IMG/VR virus record: IMGVR_UViG_3300046804_004848
Location: 73,960-137,959 of that record
Strand: one strand, 5' to 3'
Source: a virus
Length of the DNA stretch: 64,000 nt
In this document: piece after piece, positions 29,797-39,469 of the stretch
Position numbering within the stretch: position 1 is the first letter of the stretch
How the letters are laid out: each line of letters opens with the position of its first letter
Position numbers and translations under genes: made by a program
Notes under the pieces: generated by a model
The model's input: only the letters and a program-made list of their open reading frames with translations
What the model was told of the DNA's origin: nothing
The model's database searches: none

Positions 29797-29994
29797 CTAA
29801 ATTGGTTTTTCTCCCGTTAGATGAGTTTGGGCAAACCATAACTTAAACCACGCAGGGTCGCCAGGCCTAATATTTTTCTCTCGCATTATTTGCGCTTTTT
29901 GGGTAGCAGACATACTTATTGCTGCACCATAATCAGATGAATTTGGCAGGGTAATACCTGCCAATTTTCTTAAATCGTCTAATTCATCACTCAT
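29797..29994 (-). CDS. Small late protein (LRKLAGI motif)
   Basis: TAAATA-N5-ATG; NIRPGDPAWFKLWF. Confidence 0.75.
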   Translation of the reverse strand: MSDELDDLRKLAGITLPNSSDYGAAISMSATQKAQIMREKNIRPGDPAWFKLWFAQTHLTGEKPI

Positions 29995-30018
29995 AAAGAT
30001 ATTTATGAGTGTTTTGTA

Positions 30019-30714
30019 CTATTTTAAATCAAGTGCTCTAGCTTTGTGTGCTACTACACAATAAAAATGTTCCATGACTTTTTTATCGGTACCATCTTCA
30101 TTTTTGCCAACAATAAGCTCAAACTGTAAATTTTCAAATTTATCAATATCAAATCCTGTACGCTGTAATAATGCTGCTAACATGCGCTCACCAAAAATAC
30201 TATAATGGTTTAAATTATATTCATGCAAACGATCACAGTTTGGTGCAGGAACTTCAATATAGATGTATTTTTGATGTTTTAATACTCTATTATATTCTGC
30301 TAAGGTAAACAATGGGTATGGACTATGCTCTAATGCATGTCTGCAAAAGATTAAATCTGTACTTTCATCAATATACCCTTTTTGTTGTGGCAAAAAACTT
30401 AAATCAAATGGTTCAACAGGATGTCCATTATCCTTACACATCTTAATATCATTATCACTTAAGGTAATTCCAACATAATTGGTATAACCTTTTTGTTTGA
30501 TTTCGTCCATAAAGTACCCAGGCCCGCACCCCATGTCTAAAATTCTAGCATCTTTTGGTAACTCAAGTGGGTCAATATACTTTTCAACTACAGATTTTGT
30601 AAGTTGTTGATGAAAACCGCTAGGTCCTTCATCGTAAATATGTGTTGCTAACCATTCATGATACCATTTTAACTTGATAGCATCAACTGTTTTGTTAATA
30701 TCAATATTTTTCAT
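30019..30714 (-). CDS. Class I SAM-dependent methyltransferase
   Basis: ILDMGCGPG, RHALEHSPYP, EYNRVLK, IEVP. Confidence 0.9.
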   Translation of the reverse strand: MKNIDINKTVDAIKLKWYHEWLATHIYDEGPSGFHQQLTKSVVEKYIDPLELPKDARILDMGCGPGYFMDEIKQKGYTNYVGITLSDNDIKMCKDNGHPVEPFDLSFLPQQKGYIDESTDLIFCRHALEHSPYPLFTLAEYNRVLKHQKYIYIEVPAPNCDRLHEYNLNHYSIFGERMLAALLQRTGFDIDKFENLQFELIVGKNEDGTDKKVMEHFYCVVAHKARALDLK

Positions 30715-30763
30715 AGTGTTCCTCTGTAACACTACTTATACGCAGTAAAGACTTATTAAAAAA

Positions 30764-31135
30764 TTATTTAAAGCCTTTGAATGATTGTATTGGACTTGTT
30801 TTATTAGTGTCTTTTACTTCCAAACTACGCATATCACCTTGATTAAAATCATGCATATCTGAACCTACCGCAGCATATGCTACTTTTAACATATCTTGTT
30901 CTTCTTTTGTATAAGGGTGAGCCGTATTATAGCGTCCCGTATAACTTTCTGAGTCTAAAGTCACAGGCTTTGTCCCGTCTGTACAAGCAACTGCCATCAT
31001 AACACGATTAAGTTCATAAATACGATCCATACCTTCAAGGTCACGAAATTTATGTAAACCACGTGATGCTTCTTTCGCACGTACAGGTGGTTCGCCAATA
31101 CTGTTTTGTTCTGTTATAAATTCTTTAGCTCGCAT
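30764..31135 (-). CDS. Probable internal head protein
   Basis: Starts MRAKEFITE; C-terminus resembles that of 32247..33164. Confidence 0.65.
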   Translation of the reverse strand: MRAKEFITEQNSIGEPPVRAKEASRGLHKFRDLEGMDRIYELNRVMMAVACTDGTKPVTLDSESYTGRYNTAHPYTKEEQDMLKVAYAAVGSDMHDFNQGDMRSLEVKDTNKTSPIQSFKGFK

Positions 31136-31137
31136 AA

Positions 31138-31572
31138 TTAATCGTCTTTTCCAATTTTGTAAGGTTTACCTTTGGGGTAAAATTCACCTTTTATTGTATT
31201 ACTAGGTTTACGAATGATAGTTTGTGTCTTCAAAACTTTGGGTTCTTTAGGATTATATTGTTTTATAACAAATGGTAAATTCACTTTAGTAAGTAAATCC
31301 ATAAATACCGCTTCAGTTTCAGGTGGCAAATCTGAGATTTCTTTACCAAATTTTTGATATTCTTTCTTAAACATGCGTACTAATTCACCACCTGATATGG
31401 GTGGATCGTTTTCATAACGATATAATTGGTCTAAAAAATGACTACCAAATTTTACATCAATGCCTAATTTTTCCCATAACTTATCAGCAAAACGCTCTAC
31501 TGCATCAAGCTGTTCTTTTGATAAATGGGGGCGGTCTTCCGCATCTTCCCGTAAAATTTCGTAAATTTTCAT
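31138..31572 (-). CDS. Probable internal head protein
   Basis: Likely start MKIYEILRE; HFLDQL...TIIRK. Confidence 0.65.
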   Translation of the reverse strand: MKIYEILREDAEDRPHLSKEQLDAVERFADKLWEKLGIDVKFGSHFLDQLYRYENDPPISGGELVRMFKKEYQKFGKEISDLPPETEAVFMDLLTKVNLPFVIKQYNPKEPKVLKTQTIIRKPSNTIKGEFYPKGKPYKIGKDD

Positions 31573-31573
31573 A

Positions 31574-32245
31574 TTAGTCCATGTAAACGTAAGCAGTGTC
31601 ACCTGCTAAAGTTGCATTAGCAGATCCTATACTTCTAATGCCTAAATCAGGATATGCGACTAAAACTTTAGCATCAAATTTGCTCAATCTTGGCTGCGGA
31701 CCATCTTTGTTTATTTTAACAATGTTATAATCTTTTCCATTGTAACTTAATGTATTTCCTTTTACTGTAACATTTTGAGTGGGTTGAGCCAATGGCTGTG
31801 AATCTGATTTGTTAGTTATTGATTGTAACGCTGCTTTTGTATCATTACCCAAATCTCTTGAACCAACATAATCAGTTGTTTCCCTACCATTAGCAACTTT
31901 TATAACTTGAAAACTATCAGCACCACTTTTAACTATAATAGTACCATCTGTAGTATCTCTTACGCCATTTAGAAATCTATTATTTGCATCTTTATAAACA
32001 ATTTGTTCAAAATCATTGGCTAGAGGTTTAACTACTTGTATCTTTGATGCATTTGCAGCAACTTGCTGTGCAAAACTTTGGCTCATAGAGCCATCTGCTT
32101 GTGGACTAACTCTTCTAGTATTGTCGCTTGCATCTGCCTTACCAAATGCGCCCATAGCAGCTAATGCGGTAGCACCTGTAGCAGCAGCTTTGCGCCAATT
32201 AATTTCATCAACTCTATCTTCATTAATAATTTCTACGATTTTCAT
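31574..32245 (-). CDS. Probable internal head protein
   Basis: MKIVEIINE..VDE then an Ala-rich helix. Confidence 0.65.
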   Translation of the reverse strand: MKIVEIINEDRVDEINWRKAAATGATALAAMGAFGKADASDNTRRVSPQADGSMSQSFAQQVAANASKIQVVKPLANDFEQIVYKDANNRFLNGVRDTTDGTIIVKSGADSFQVIKVANGRETTDYVGSRDLGNDTKAALQSITNKSDSQPLAQPTQNVTVKGNTLSYNGKDYNIVKINKDGPQPRLSKFDAKVLVAYPDLGIRSIGSANATLAGDTAYVYMD

Positions 32246-32246
32246 T

Positions 32247-33164
32247 TTAAAACCCCTTGAATCCTATGACAGGACTTACTTTGTCAACATCCTTGCTTTC
32301 TTTACTACCTTTTACCCCAACTATTTTTTTGTTGTCAGGCATACCAATTTTCTTTAATGCTGCTGCAATAATTTGATCAATATGTGGATCAAAACTTACA
32401 ATAAATTCTTTATCCGAAAATACATCTAACATACCATTTTCATCAAATGGATTAATGTCATCATCTTTACGTGCTTGTGCACCACGTGCTGCAGCAATCG
32501 CTACACCAAACTTGTATTGTAAATATGGATTACCACTATTAATATCAGGCAATACATAAGCATGTGGCAAACTATCTGCTACTTCATGTGTTAATGACCC
32601 TTCACGACTTTCCTTCAACTTTTTTTGCTTCTTAATCCATGTATCAGGTATAACACCATGGGTTTCAACAAAGTAATCATGCAATTGTTTTGGAGTAATA
32701 CTATACTTTTTAGCTATTTTCTTCATTAAACGGTCAATTGTATCGTAATCTGTCTTGTCTAATTTGAGCAAACCTTGACGTAATTCTGCACAACATGCTC
32801 GTTCTTTACTCTCATATATGGTAGCATCCATTTTACCATACTTACGCATCATACGTCCTGCTACAGCATTGGCTTCATCTTCTATTCTTTGTTCACGCTT
32901 TGGGTTCATCTTTGCTTTTGCTGTGCCAATTTCAAATTGTTTAGCATGAACTAATTCATGGCATAATGTACGCATAACGTCTGCTGTATTACGGTCACCA
33001 ACATGCACCCATATTGTATTATTAGGTGTGGTTGAACCAAATGTTCTATGCTTAGTCACTACTGATTTATCATCACTAAATCGTATCTGTGGCTCATTCT
33101 CAATACCTAAACGACCAATGACCCAATTCGCAAACGTAAGCAATTTTTTGTGTTTTTTATCCAT
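32247..33164 (-). CDS. Multidomain protein with HExxH metallopeptidase-like N-terminus
   Basis: RTLCHELVHAKQ...EDEANAVAG; IYE and LKE linkers. Confidence 0.75.
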   Translation of the reverse strand: MDKKHKKLLTFANWVIGRLGIENEPQIRFSDDKSVVTKHRTFGSTTPNNTIWVHVGDRNTADVMRTLCHELVHAKQFEIGTAKAKMNPKREQRIEDEANAVAGRMMRKYGKMDATIYESKERACCAELRQGLLKLDKTDYDTIDRLMKKIAKKYSITPKQLHDYFVETHGVIPDTWIKKQKKLKESREGSLTHEVADSLPHAYVLPDINSGNPYLQYKFGVAIAAARGAQARKDDDINPFDENGMLDVFSDKEFIVSFDPHIDQIIAAALKKIGMPDNKKIVGVKGSKESKDVDKVSPVIGFKGF

Positions 33165-33196
33165 TATATTATTTAGCGTTGATCATAAATATATAA

Positions 33197-34057
33197 ATGA
33201 GAGCTAGAGAATTTATTACTGAATCAAGTGATGACATTGATGAAATGGCATTGTCCACTTACCAACCGATGGGGGATTTTGCAAAATCAGGACCATTTAA
33301 TACTGTTGATAGAAGATTAGTTCCACATCCTACTAATAAGTTAAAAACACAAAAGTTTTTTGAAAAAACTCCATATGATTTTAGATTATTTTTTAGTAAC
33401 ATCAGTGGCACAGGCAAATATATAGAATATGGCCCAATGACAACTGATCAAATTAGAACTATTTTTGGAAAGCAATCTGATCAAATCATTGATGGAAGTG
33501 ATGACGCAATAACCGTAGTCTTTGTTGGTAATAAAGGTGATGCTAGAGTGATGCTTACACCATGGATAATGGCACATCGTTTTGGACATGCTATACAAGC
33601 AGGTACAAGAAACAATAGAGGATGGAGTACTTGGTCAGAAGCTGAAAAGCATTTTTTTAGTGCTGTAAACAATATGCTCGCAGAATACTACAGCAGGATA
33701 TCAGCAAGATTTAATACTAACTTTAGTTTAGAATTAACTCCTGAATACAATGCATTATTCAATGCTATTGGCACACAGCGCAGTAGTCGCACAGGACAAA
33801 TTCGTAGACCTTATGAATTTTTGTATGAATTATTTGCACAATATTTAGGTACAGGCACTGTAACACTAAATCCTTTACCAACTAACCTAGGATATGGGCG
33901 TAAAGTTTTTGGTAATCCAACACAGTATTTAAATATTAAACCTGAATATCGTGATGAAAATGAACGAAAAGAAGCATCTGAACGATTAGCTAATGATATG
34001 AATTATATGTTTGATGACGTTTTAAACTCTAGTGTTGGTAAAATATTTGTAATTTAA
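33197..34057 (+). CDS. Probable internal head protein, HRxxH zincin-like
   Basis: MRAREFITE; TPWIMAHRFGHAI...ELFAQY. Confidence 0.65.
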   Translation: MRAREFITESSDDIDEMALSTYQPMGDFAKSGPFNTVDRRLVPHPTNKLKTQKFFEKTPYDFRLFFSNISGTGKYIEYGPMTTDQIRTIFGKQSDQIIDGSDDAITVVFVGNKGDARVMLTPWIMAHRFGHAIQAGTRNNRGWSTWSEAEKHFFSAVNNMLAEYYSRISARFNTNFSLELTPEYNALFNAIGTQRSSRTGQIRRPYEFLYELFAQYLGTGTVTLNPLPTNLGYGRKVFGNPTQYLNIKPEYRDENERKEASERLANDMNYMFDDVLNSSVGKIFVI

Positions 34058-34077
34058 TAAAACGAAAGCTATAATAA

Positions 34078-34839
34078 ATGAAGTTTAATGAGTTTAATAT
34101 ACCATCAATTGGCATAAACATACGTAGCGATGGTGACATACACTATGCTGATCTTATTGTAGATGGTAAAAAATATTACGAAAGTAGGCGTGGACCATCC
34201 CTTAACCCATACATAGGTAAACGTGTTGGCATCGTTCGTACAGGTACAGGTAAGGCAGTCGCTATAGGTTCTGCTATTGTTGGCGAACCTATTGTTGTAG
34301 ATGAAGAAACATTTAGAAAACTAGAGCGTAAACACCTTGTACCACGTGATTCTAAGTTTGATATACAAAGTGGTACAACAAAATACCTATACCCTATGCT
34401 ACAACCTATTAGATTTAGCCAAGAATATCCTGTTGGTCATGGAATAATAGCTAGAAAAATCATACATGAAGGTAAATTTCCATTTAAAAATAAGAACAAA
34501 ATATATACATTATTAGTACAACAAACTGATAGCGGACCATTTGATGGGGGATGTGTAGTTTTTGCTCAAGCATTACAGAAAAAATATGGTGGTAAAGTGG
34601 TTGTACTAATTGCTGATACACCATATGGCAAACGTGCAGATCATGCTGTGTTAGAATTGCCTAATGGTCAATTAATGGATGCTGATGGTATTGCTGCACC
34701 TAAAGAACTTATACAACGATTTATTAGAAATGAAAACGTAGAGTTTCCAATCATTGGATATCGTGATATTAACGATAACGATTTACCTGATGCACCACGT
34801 AATGATGAACTAGCTATACAAATAGCTAAACTATTATAA
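34078..34839 (+). CDS. ASCH-like domain fused to a Cys-His-Asp (papain-like) domain
   Basis: YADLIVDGKKYYESR; GGCVVFAQAL...DHAV...MDADG. Confidence 0.7.
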   Translation: MKFNEFNIPSIGINIRSDGDIHYADLIVDGKKYYESRRGPSLNPYIGKRVGIVRTGTGKAVAIGSAIVGEPIVVDEETFRKLERKHLVPRDSKFDIQSGTTKYLYPMLQPIRFSQEYPVGHGIIARKIIHEGKFPFKNKNKIYTLLVQQTDSGPFDGGCVVFAQALQKKYGGKVVVLIADTPYGKRADHAVLELPNGQLMDADGIAAPKELIQRFIRNENVEFPIIGYRDINDNDLPDAPRNDELAIQIAKLL

Positions 34840-35088
34840 CCCCATCCAATTTCTAGGACGTTCAATCTTCATAGTTTCGTTCTTGCACTTTTCTGCAAGA
34901 CTAATAGCACCAACTTTAGCACCTTCACTACCACCTTTGGCAATATCAGAGATAGCTGCCCAACAAGCAGTTTGACTCATGGTATTGTCTTTGCTAATAG
35001 CCTTAGCAGCATCATAGTATAATTGATCTTTGCTTGATGCACATCCTGCTAATAAAACTACGAAACCAATTAATGCAATGTTTTTCAT
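34834..35088 (-). CDS. Small lipoprotein
   Basis: Lipobox LAGC. Confidence 0.7.
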   Translation of the reverse strand: MKNIALIGFVVLLAGCASSKDQLYYDAAKAISKDNTMSQTACWAAISDIAKGGSEGAKVGAISLAEKCKNETMKIERPRNWMGL

Positions 35089-35097
35089 AATAATTCC

Positions 35098-35286
35098 TTA
35101 TTTGACTTCTCTAATTGAGCCAATTTGGTGATCTTGTAAATTGTATTGTCTTTTCATTAGGATTTTAGCCATGTTTAAGTTTTGTGCAGTTACAGTGAAT
35201 TCAACCTGCCCACTATAGCCTTGCTGCTTTACAGTGACCTTAGCCATGTACAACTTATAATCCTTTGTTATATCTGCAACTTTCAT
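35098..35286 (-). CDS. Hypothetical protein
   Basis: ORF. Confidence 0.6.
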   Translation of the reverse strand: MKVADITKDYKLYMAKVTVKQQGYSGQVEFTVTAQNLNMAKILMKRQYNLQDHQIGSIREVK

Positions 35287-35591
35287 TTTACTTCATCAAA
35301 AATCTTTTTTTGTTCAGTGTACCACTCTTGCCAACCTTCTACTTTAGTTGAGCATTGATAATATAACGTATAATTTTCTACTACAGTTTTTAACATTTCA
35401 GTAATAGCAACCTTATCACCTTGTATGGTTTTAAGTTGCTCACATTTTTTCATTAATTCAGGTGTGGCTTGCGGAAATTCACGTTTTACAGGAATTGGCT
35501 GTTTTTGAAATAGTGAACATCCACCCAAAGTAAACAATACCATGATAAAACATACGGCAATCAAAAAACGAGCATCGTTGGAGATTGTCAT
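35283..35591 (-). CDS. Lipoprotein, o-spanin-like
   Basis: LGGC lipobox, Pro-rich, two further Cys; overlaps the i-spanin-like gene. Confidence 0.6.
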   Translation of the reverse strand: MTISNDARFLIAVCFIMVLFTLGGCSLFQKQPIPVKREFPQATPELMKKCEQLKTIQGDKVAITEMLKTVVENYTLYYQCSTKVEGWQEWYTEQKKIFDEVK

Positions 35592-36094
35592 TTTTTATCA
35601 CCTTTTGCTGCTTCATTCATTTTAGCAGCAGTATTATGCGCATCAATTATATCTTGTGGAATAGGACAATTTTCTACAAACTTAATGACTTCTTCAATCT
35701 TAACACGTTCAGGTCCTTCTACTGTTTTGAGAATTTCACGGTCTCTATATCTATCAACATATTTAATAATATCCTGACCTTTTTCTTTTACAATTTGAGT
35801 TTGAGTAACTACTTTTTCTTGAATTTCTACATTCTTTTGTGCAGCTTTGACTTCAGCCTCTTTAATCTTTACTTCCATTTCTTTGACTTTCATCTGCCAA
35901 ATCATTTCATTAGCATATCCACCTTCAAGATAAACACCAATAGTAAAGACTAAAATACTAATAATTTGAATGGGTAATTTATATTTGTTAACAAAAGGAA
36001 TAAACCCTAGTACAAACCCTAGAATTATTCCAACAAAACCCGCAGCAAATATGGCATGAATAGCCCATTCAGGTAATAAAGATAATATCCACAT
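35588..36094 (-). CDS. Membrane coiled-coil protein, i-spanin-like
   Basis: Start MWILS after TAAATA-N5; TM segments then coiled coil and CPIP. Confidence 0.6.
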   Translation of the reverse strand: MWILSLLPEWAIHAIFAAGFVGIILGFVLGFIPFVNKYKLPIQIISILVFTIGVYLEGGYANEMIWQMKVKEMEVKIKEAEVKAAQKNVEIQEKVVTQTQIVKEKGQDIIKYVDRYRDREILKTVEGPERVKIEEVIKFVENCPIPQDIIDAHNTAAKMNEAAKGDKK

Positions 36095-36122
36095 ATTGCT
36101 ATTTATCGTACTAAATATTTTT

Positions 36123-37082
36123 GTGCGTAAGTTAATCAATATACAAAAAGTACAAGAAACACCTTTTCAAAATGTTGCTTGGATTATGTCAAATCTTTGC
36201 AACTACGATTGTAGTTTTTGTTATCCAATCAATAAGCGTGGTGATATACATTTTGAAAAATTAGATGTTTATCGTAATCTTGTAGACAATATTTGTGTAG
36301 ATTATACACCTACTAAGTTTATTTTCAATGGTGGAGAACCCACATTGTACAGCAATTTGTCTGAATTATTTGAGTATATTATAGAAAAAAATGCTTCTAA
36401 TCATATCAGTATGATTACTAATGGTAGTAGAACATTACGGTGGTGGCAAGAATTTACTAGCAAACCACGTATTCATGACATTATTTTTACCTATCACACA
36501 GAACAAGAAGTGTTTTTTAAAAACAATATTGATGCTTTTGTTGAAAAAATAAACCTTTTTCATAGTATGCCTGTACATGTCACAATATTATTCACTGCAC
36601 CACCTACTAATTTTGAATCAACTTTTACAGCATTTGATTATATTCAACAGCGTGTCGGTGCAAATTGTCAACTAAAACCTATCTTAGGTTCAGAACTTTT
36701 ACCTTATAGTGCAGAACAATTGCAGTTATTTCAACAATACTCAAATGTCAAAGGTAAACTAGCAGCAACCAAAGTTTACCCTAAAACATTACTAACACAA
36801 AAATCTATAGTTACTTTTGATGATAACTCTACCATTTCAATAAGTGACCCAAAAGATTTTATGCTACAAAAACTTAATTACTTTAAAGGAATGGAATGTG
36901 ATATTGGTTTAAATAGTATTGTAATTTTTGGTACAAAAATATATCGTGGTAAATGTCGTGTAGGTGGAGAAATTGCTACGATTTACGATAAAGATATCTT
37001 TTGTAATAATTCAGTGGTTTGTGATAAAATAACGTGTTTATGCAATCGTGACTGTTTAGAATCAAAACGTTTACTTATGTAA
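36123..37082 (+). CDS. Radical SAM protein with C-terminal Cys-rich auxiliary domain
   Basis: CNYDCSFC, GGEPT, TNGSR; CDIG...CRVGG...CDKITCLC; likely GTG start after TAAATA-N5. Confidence 0.9.
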   Translation: MRKLINIQKVQETPFQNVAWIMSNLCNYDCSFCYPINKRGDIHFEKLDVYRNLVDNICVDYTPTKFIFNGGEPTLYSNLSELFEYIIEKNASNHISMITNGSRTLRWWQEFTSKPRIHDIIFTYHTEQEVFFKNNIDAFVEKINLFHSMPVHVTILFTAPPTNFESTFTAFDYIQQRVGANCQLKPILGSELLPYSAEQLQLFQQYSNVKGKLAATKVYPKTLLTQKSIVTFDDNSTISISDPKDFMLQKLNYFKGMECDIGLNSIVIFGTKIYRGKCRVGGEIATIYDKDIFCNNSVVCDKITCLCNRDCLESKRLLM

Positions 37083-38303
37083 AAAATTAATAATAGTTTG
37101 TGTAATACGTTCAACTTCACCATCAGTTAATTCAGGATAAATTGGAAGTGACAATGTATGCGCACAAAATTGCCAAGAATTCTCTAAGAAGGAACAGTTA
37201 TTCTTAGCTAATCTATATCTTGATAAATTTTGTTTGTAATGTATTTTAGTCTCTATACCATGTAAAAGTAAGTATTCTTGCAAACGATCACGATTCTCTA
37301 CACTAATTGCAAACTTGTTAACGCTATGATATGCATACATACGTTCTTCTTTTGATTCACATAAGTTTGCAATATCATGTTTAGCAAATTCACGCATATA
37401 ATAGGCAGCAATATCTTTTCTGCGTTGTTGCCATGCTTCAATATACTTAGTACGTACTAAAACATGTGCACAATCAATTTCACTTAGCTTACTATTGGTT
37501 CCTAATTGTGTAGCATAAATGCTATTTTCTGAACCATTTTTGCAAATTGCTCTAATATGGTCTGCTAAATTATCATAACTAGTAACAATAACACCACCAT
37601 TACCACTAGCATTTAAGTTTTTTGTAGGATCTAAACTAATTGCCATAGCGGTAGACATTTCATTTCTACCACTTAACCAATGTTGCGCACCATCTTCATA
37701 TACTTTACCACCACGTATAGTAATTGTGCTCAATGCTTTAAATCGTAAATCATTTTCTTTATAATTATTGTAATATGGTTTTGCACCATATAACCCTACA
37801 ATACAAATATCATAAATGATATCAGGATTTTGTTCAACAATTTTTGTAACTTCATCCCACTTCATCATACCATATGCGTCAACATCAACCAAAGTAACAT
37901 TGTAACCATGACGAATAAAAGCATGTAATGTAGCTTTATAGCTTACATCAGGTAAAAGGATATGACTTTCTTTTTTTCTGTATGATGTTACTAATTTATT
38001 AGCTTCAGCAATAATTTCTAAAGCTTGTGTTCCACTATGCACTGCAAATGCATGTTTATAGTGTAAATACTCACAAAAATATTCTTCTAAATCAAACTTG
38101 TGCTTACCACTAACTAGTTTACCACTTTTTAATACTTCATCAGTGACACTGAGTAATTCATCTTTAATAGATTCGTACTGTCTATCTAAACGAATAAATG
38201 GAATACTATTTTGAGAGTTTTGATTGCCAATAGGTGCTGTCTGCGAGCCACTTGTAATAGCATTCCAAACCGATTTCAAAGTCAACATATGGATTATACT
38301 CAA
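37071..38303 (-). CDS. DegT/DnrJ/EryC1/StrS PLP-dependent sugar aminotransferase
   Basis: HSGTQALE, EDGAQ, SLDPTKNL..GNGG, LSLPIYPELTD; start uncertain. Confidence 0.9.
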   Translation of the reverse strand: MSIIHMLTLKSVWNAITSGSQTAPIGNQNSQNSIPFIRLDRQYESIKDELLSVTDEVLKSGKLVSGKHKFDLEEYFCEYLHYKHAFAVHSGTQALEIIAEANKLVTSYRKKESHILLPDVSYKATLHAFIRHGYNVTLVDVDAYGMMKWDEVTKIVEQNPDIIYDICIVGLYGAKPYYNNYKENDLRFKALSTITIRGGKVYEDGAQHWLSGRNEMSTAMAISLDPTKNLNASGNGGVIVTSYDNLADHIRAICKNGSENSIYATQLGTNSKLSEIDCAHVLVRTKYIEAWQQRRKDIAAYYMREFAKHDIANLCESKEERMYAYHSVNKFAISVENRDRLQEYLLLHGIETKIHYKQNLSRYRLAKNNCSFLENSWQFCAHTLSLPIYPELTDGEVERITQTIINFLHK

Positions 38304-39174
38304 AGTCTATTTTAGCTAATTCTGAATTTAACTTACCCCTACTAGGATAGTCAATGTTTTTAGGATTAATAACTATATTTCCTTTACCAACTATCTGTAC
38401 CGCTAACTTGGCAGCATCATATAATGTAATTTTGTCAGATTGATTTCTAGTAAGGTTATAGGTTTTATTTACTGCGTTCTTAGAAATAGAAGCATTCGTT
38501 ACACCCCATGCTACATCTTCAACATAACTAAAGTCTAATACTTCATGCTCACCTTCTACGATTAAATCTTGTCCACGCATAGCATTGAGTAAAAACTTAC
38601 TTAATACTCTATCTTCAACGTCTAATGGTCCGTACACTGCACTTGGTCTAAGTATCGTATATTCACGTTTGTATTGCTCTGCCCATAACTTCACTAACTT
38701 TTCACCTGTTAACTTTAATGTTCCGTATATATCAATAGGGTTAGTAGGATGCGATTCATCAATAGTTCCACTCCAATTACCATATACCATACTACTACTG
38801 ACATATACAAATCGTTTAACATGGTGGTTTTTACATAGTTCTAATAAGTTTAACAATCCTTCTGTTAAGGTATATGCACCATAAGTAGGATTAGCATTAA
38901 CAATTTTTGAACGTGGCATTGCTGCAAGGTGTATGACAGTATGTGGTTTAAGCATATTGAACACCATATGCAATTGTTTATCTGCAATATGAAAGTTATG
39001 TACAATGGATTTGAGTTCACTCTTACGTTCTTTAACTAGATAGCAAAGTTCATCTTTTGGGATAAACCCATAATCAGTACAATTATCAATAATTCGTACT
39101 TCATGCTTACGCTTTTCAAATTGTCGTACGACATTATGTCCAATAAAACCTAATCCACCTGTTACAAAAATCAT
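38206..39174 (-). CDS. NAD-dependent epimerase/dehydratase
   Basis: TGGLGFIG, HLAA, SSSMVYG, YGTLK, RPSAVYGP. Confidence 0.93.
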   Translation of the reverse strand: MIFVTGGLGFIGHNVVRQFEKRKHEVRIIDNCTDYGFIPKDELCYLVKERKSELKSIVHNFHIADKQLHMVFNMLKPHTVIHLAAMPRSKIVNANPTYGAYTLTEGLLNLLELCKNHHVKRFVYVSSSMVYGNWSGTIDESHPTNPIDIYGTLKLTGEKLVKLWAEQYKREYTILRPSAVYGPLDVEDRVLSKFLLNAMRGQDLIVEGEHEVLDFSYVEDVAWGVTNASISKNAVNKTYNLTRNQSDKITLYDAAKLAVQIVGKGNIVINPKNIDYPSRGKLNSELAKIDFEYNPYVDFEIGLECYYKWLADSTYWQSKLSK

Positions 39175-39175
39175 A

Positions 39176-39469
39176 TTATTTCCATTTTAATATATATAAA
39201 TCTAATGCATTATCATCAAATGCTGCACGTACAATACAACGATAACCATAAGTTTCAACATCAATCATTATTGCGTATACCATATCACTACTATGTTGTT
39301 TGACCCATTTACCTTTTTCAGTAGTCAACCACTCACCCAAAGGTATAGATGCATATAATTCAGGATCTTCTACATCACCCATCCGAAAACTACAAACCTC
39401 AACATAAGTGACATTTTGCATTAGATGCGCCACTTTGCCATTAGTAGGTTCAAGTAAGTTTTTAATCAT
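39176..39469 (-). CDS. Hypothetical phage protein
   Basis: FRMGDVEDPELYA...GKWVK; likely start MIKNLL. Confidence 0.65.
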   Translation of the reverse strand: MIKNLLEPTNGKVAHLMQNVTYVEVCSFRMGDVEDPELYASIPLGEWLTTEKGKWVKQHSSDMVYAIMIDVETYGYRCIVRAAFDDNALDLYILKWK

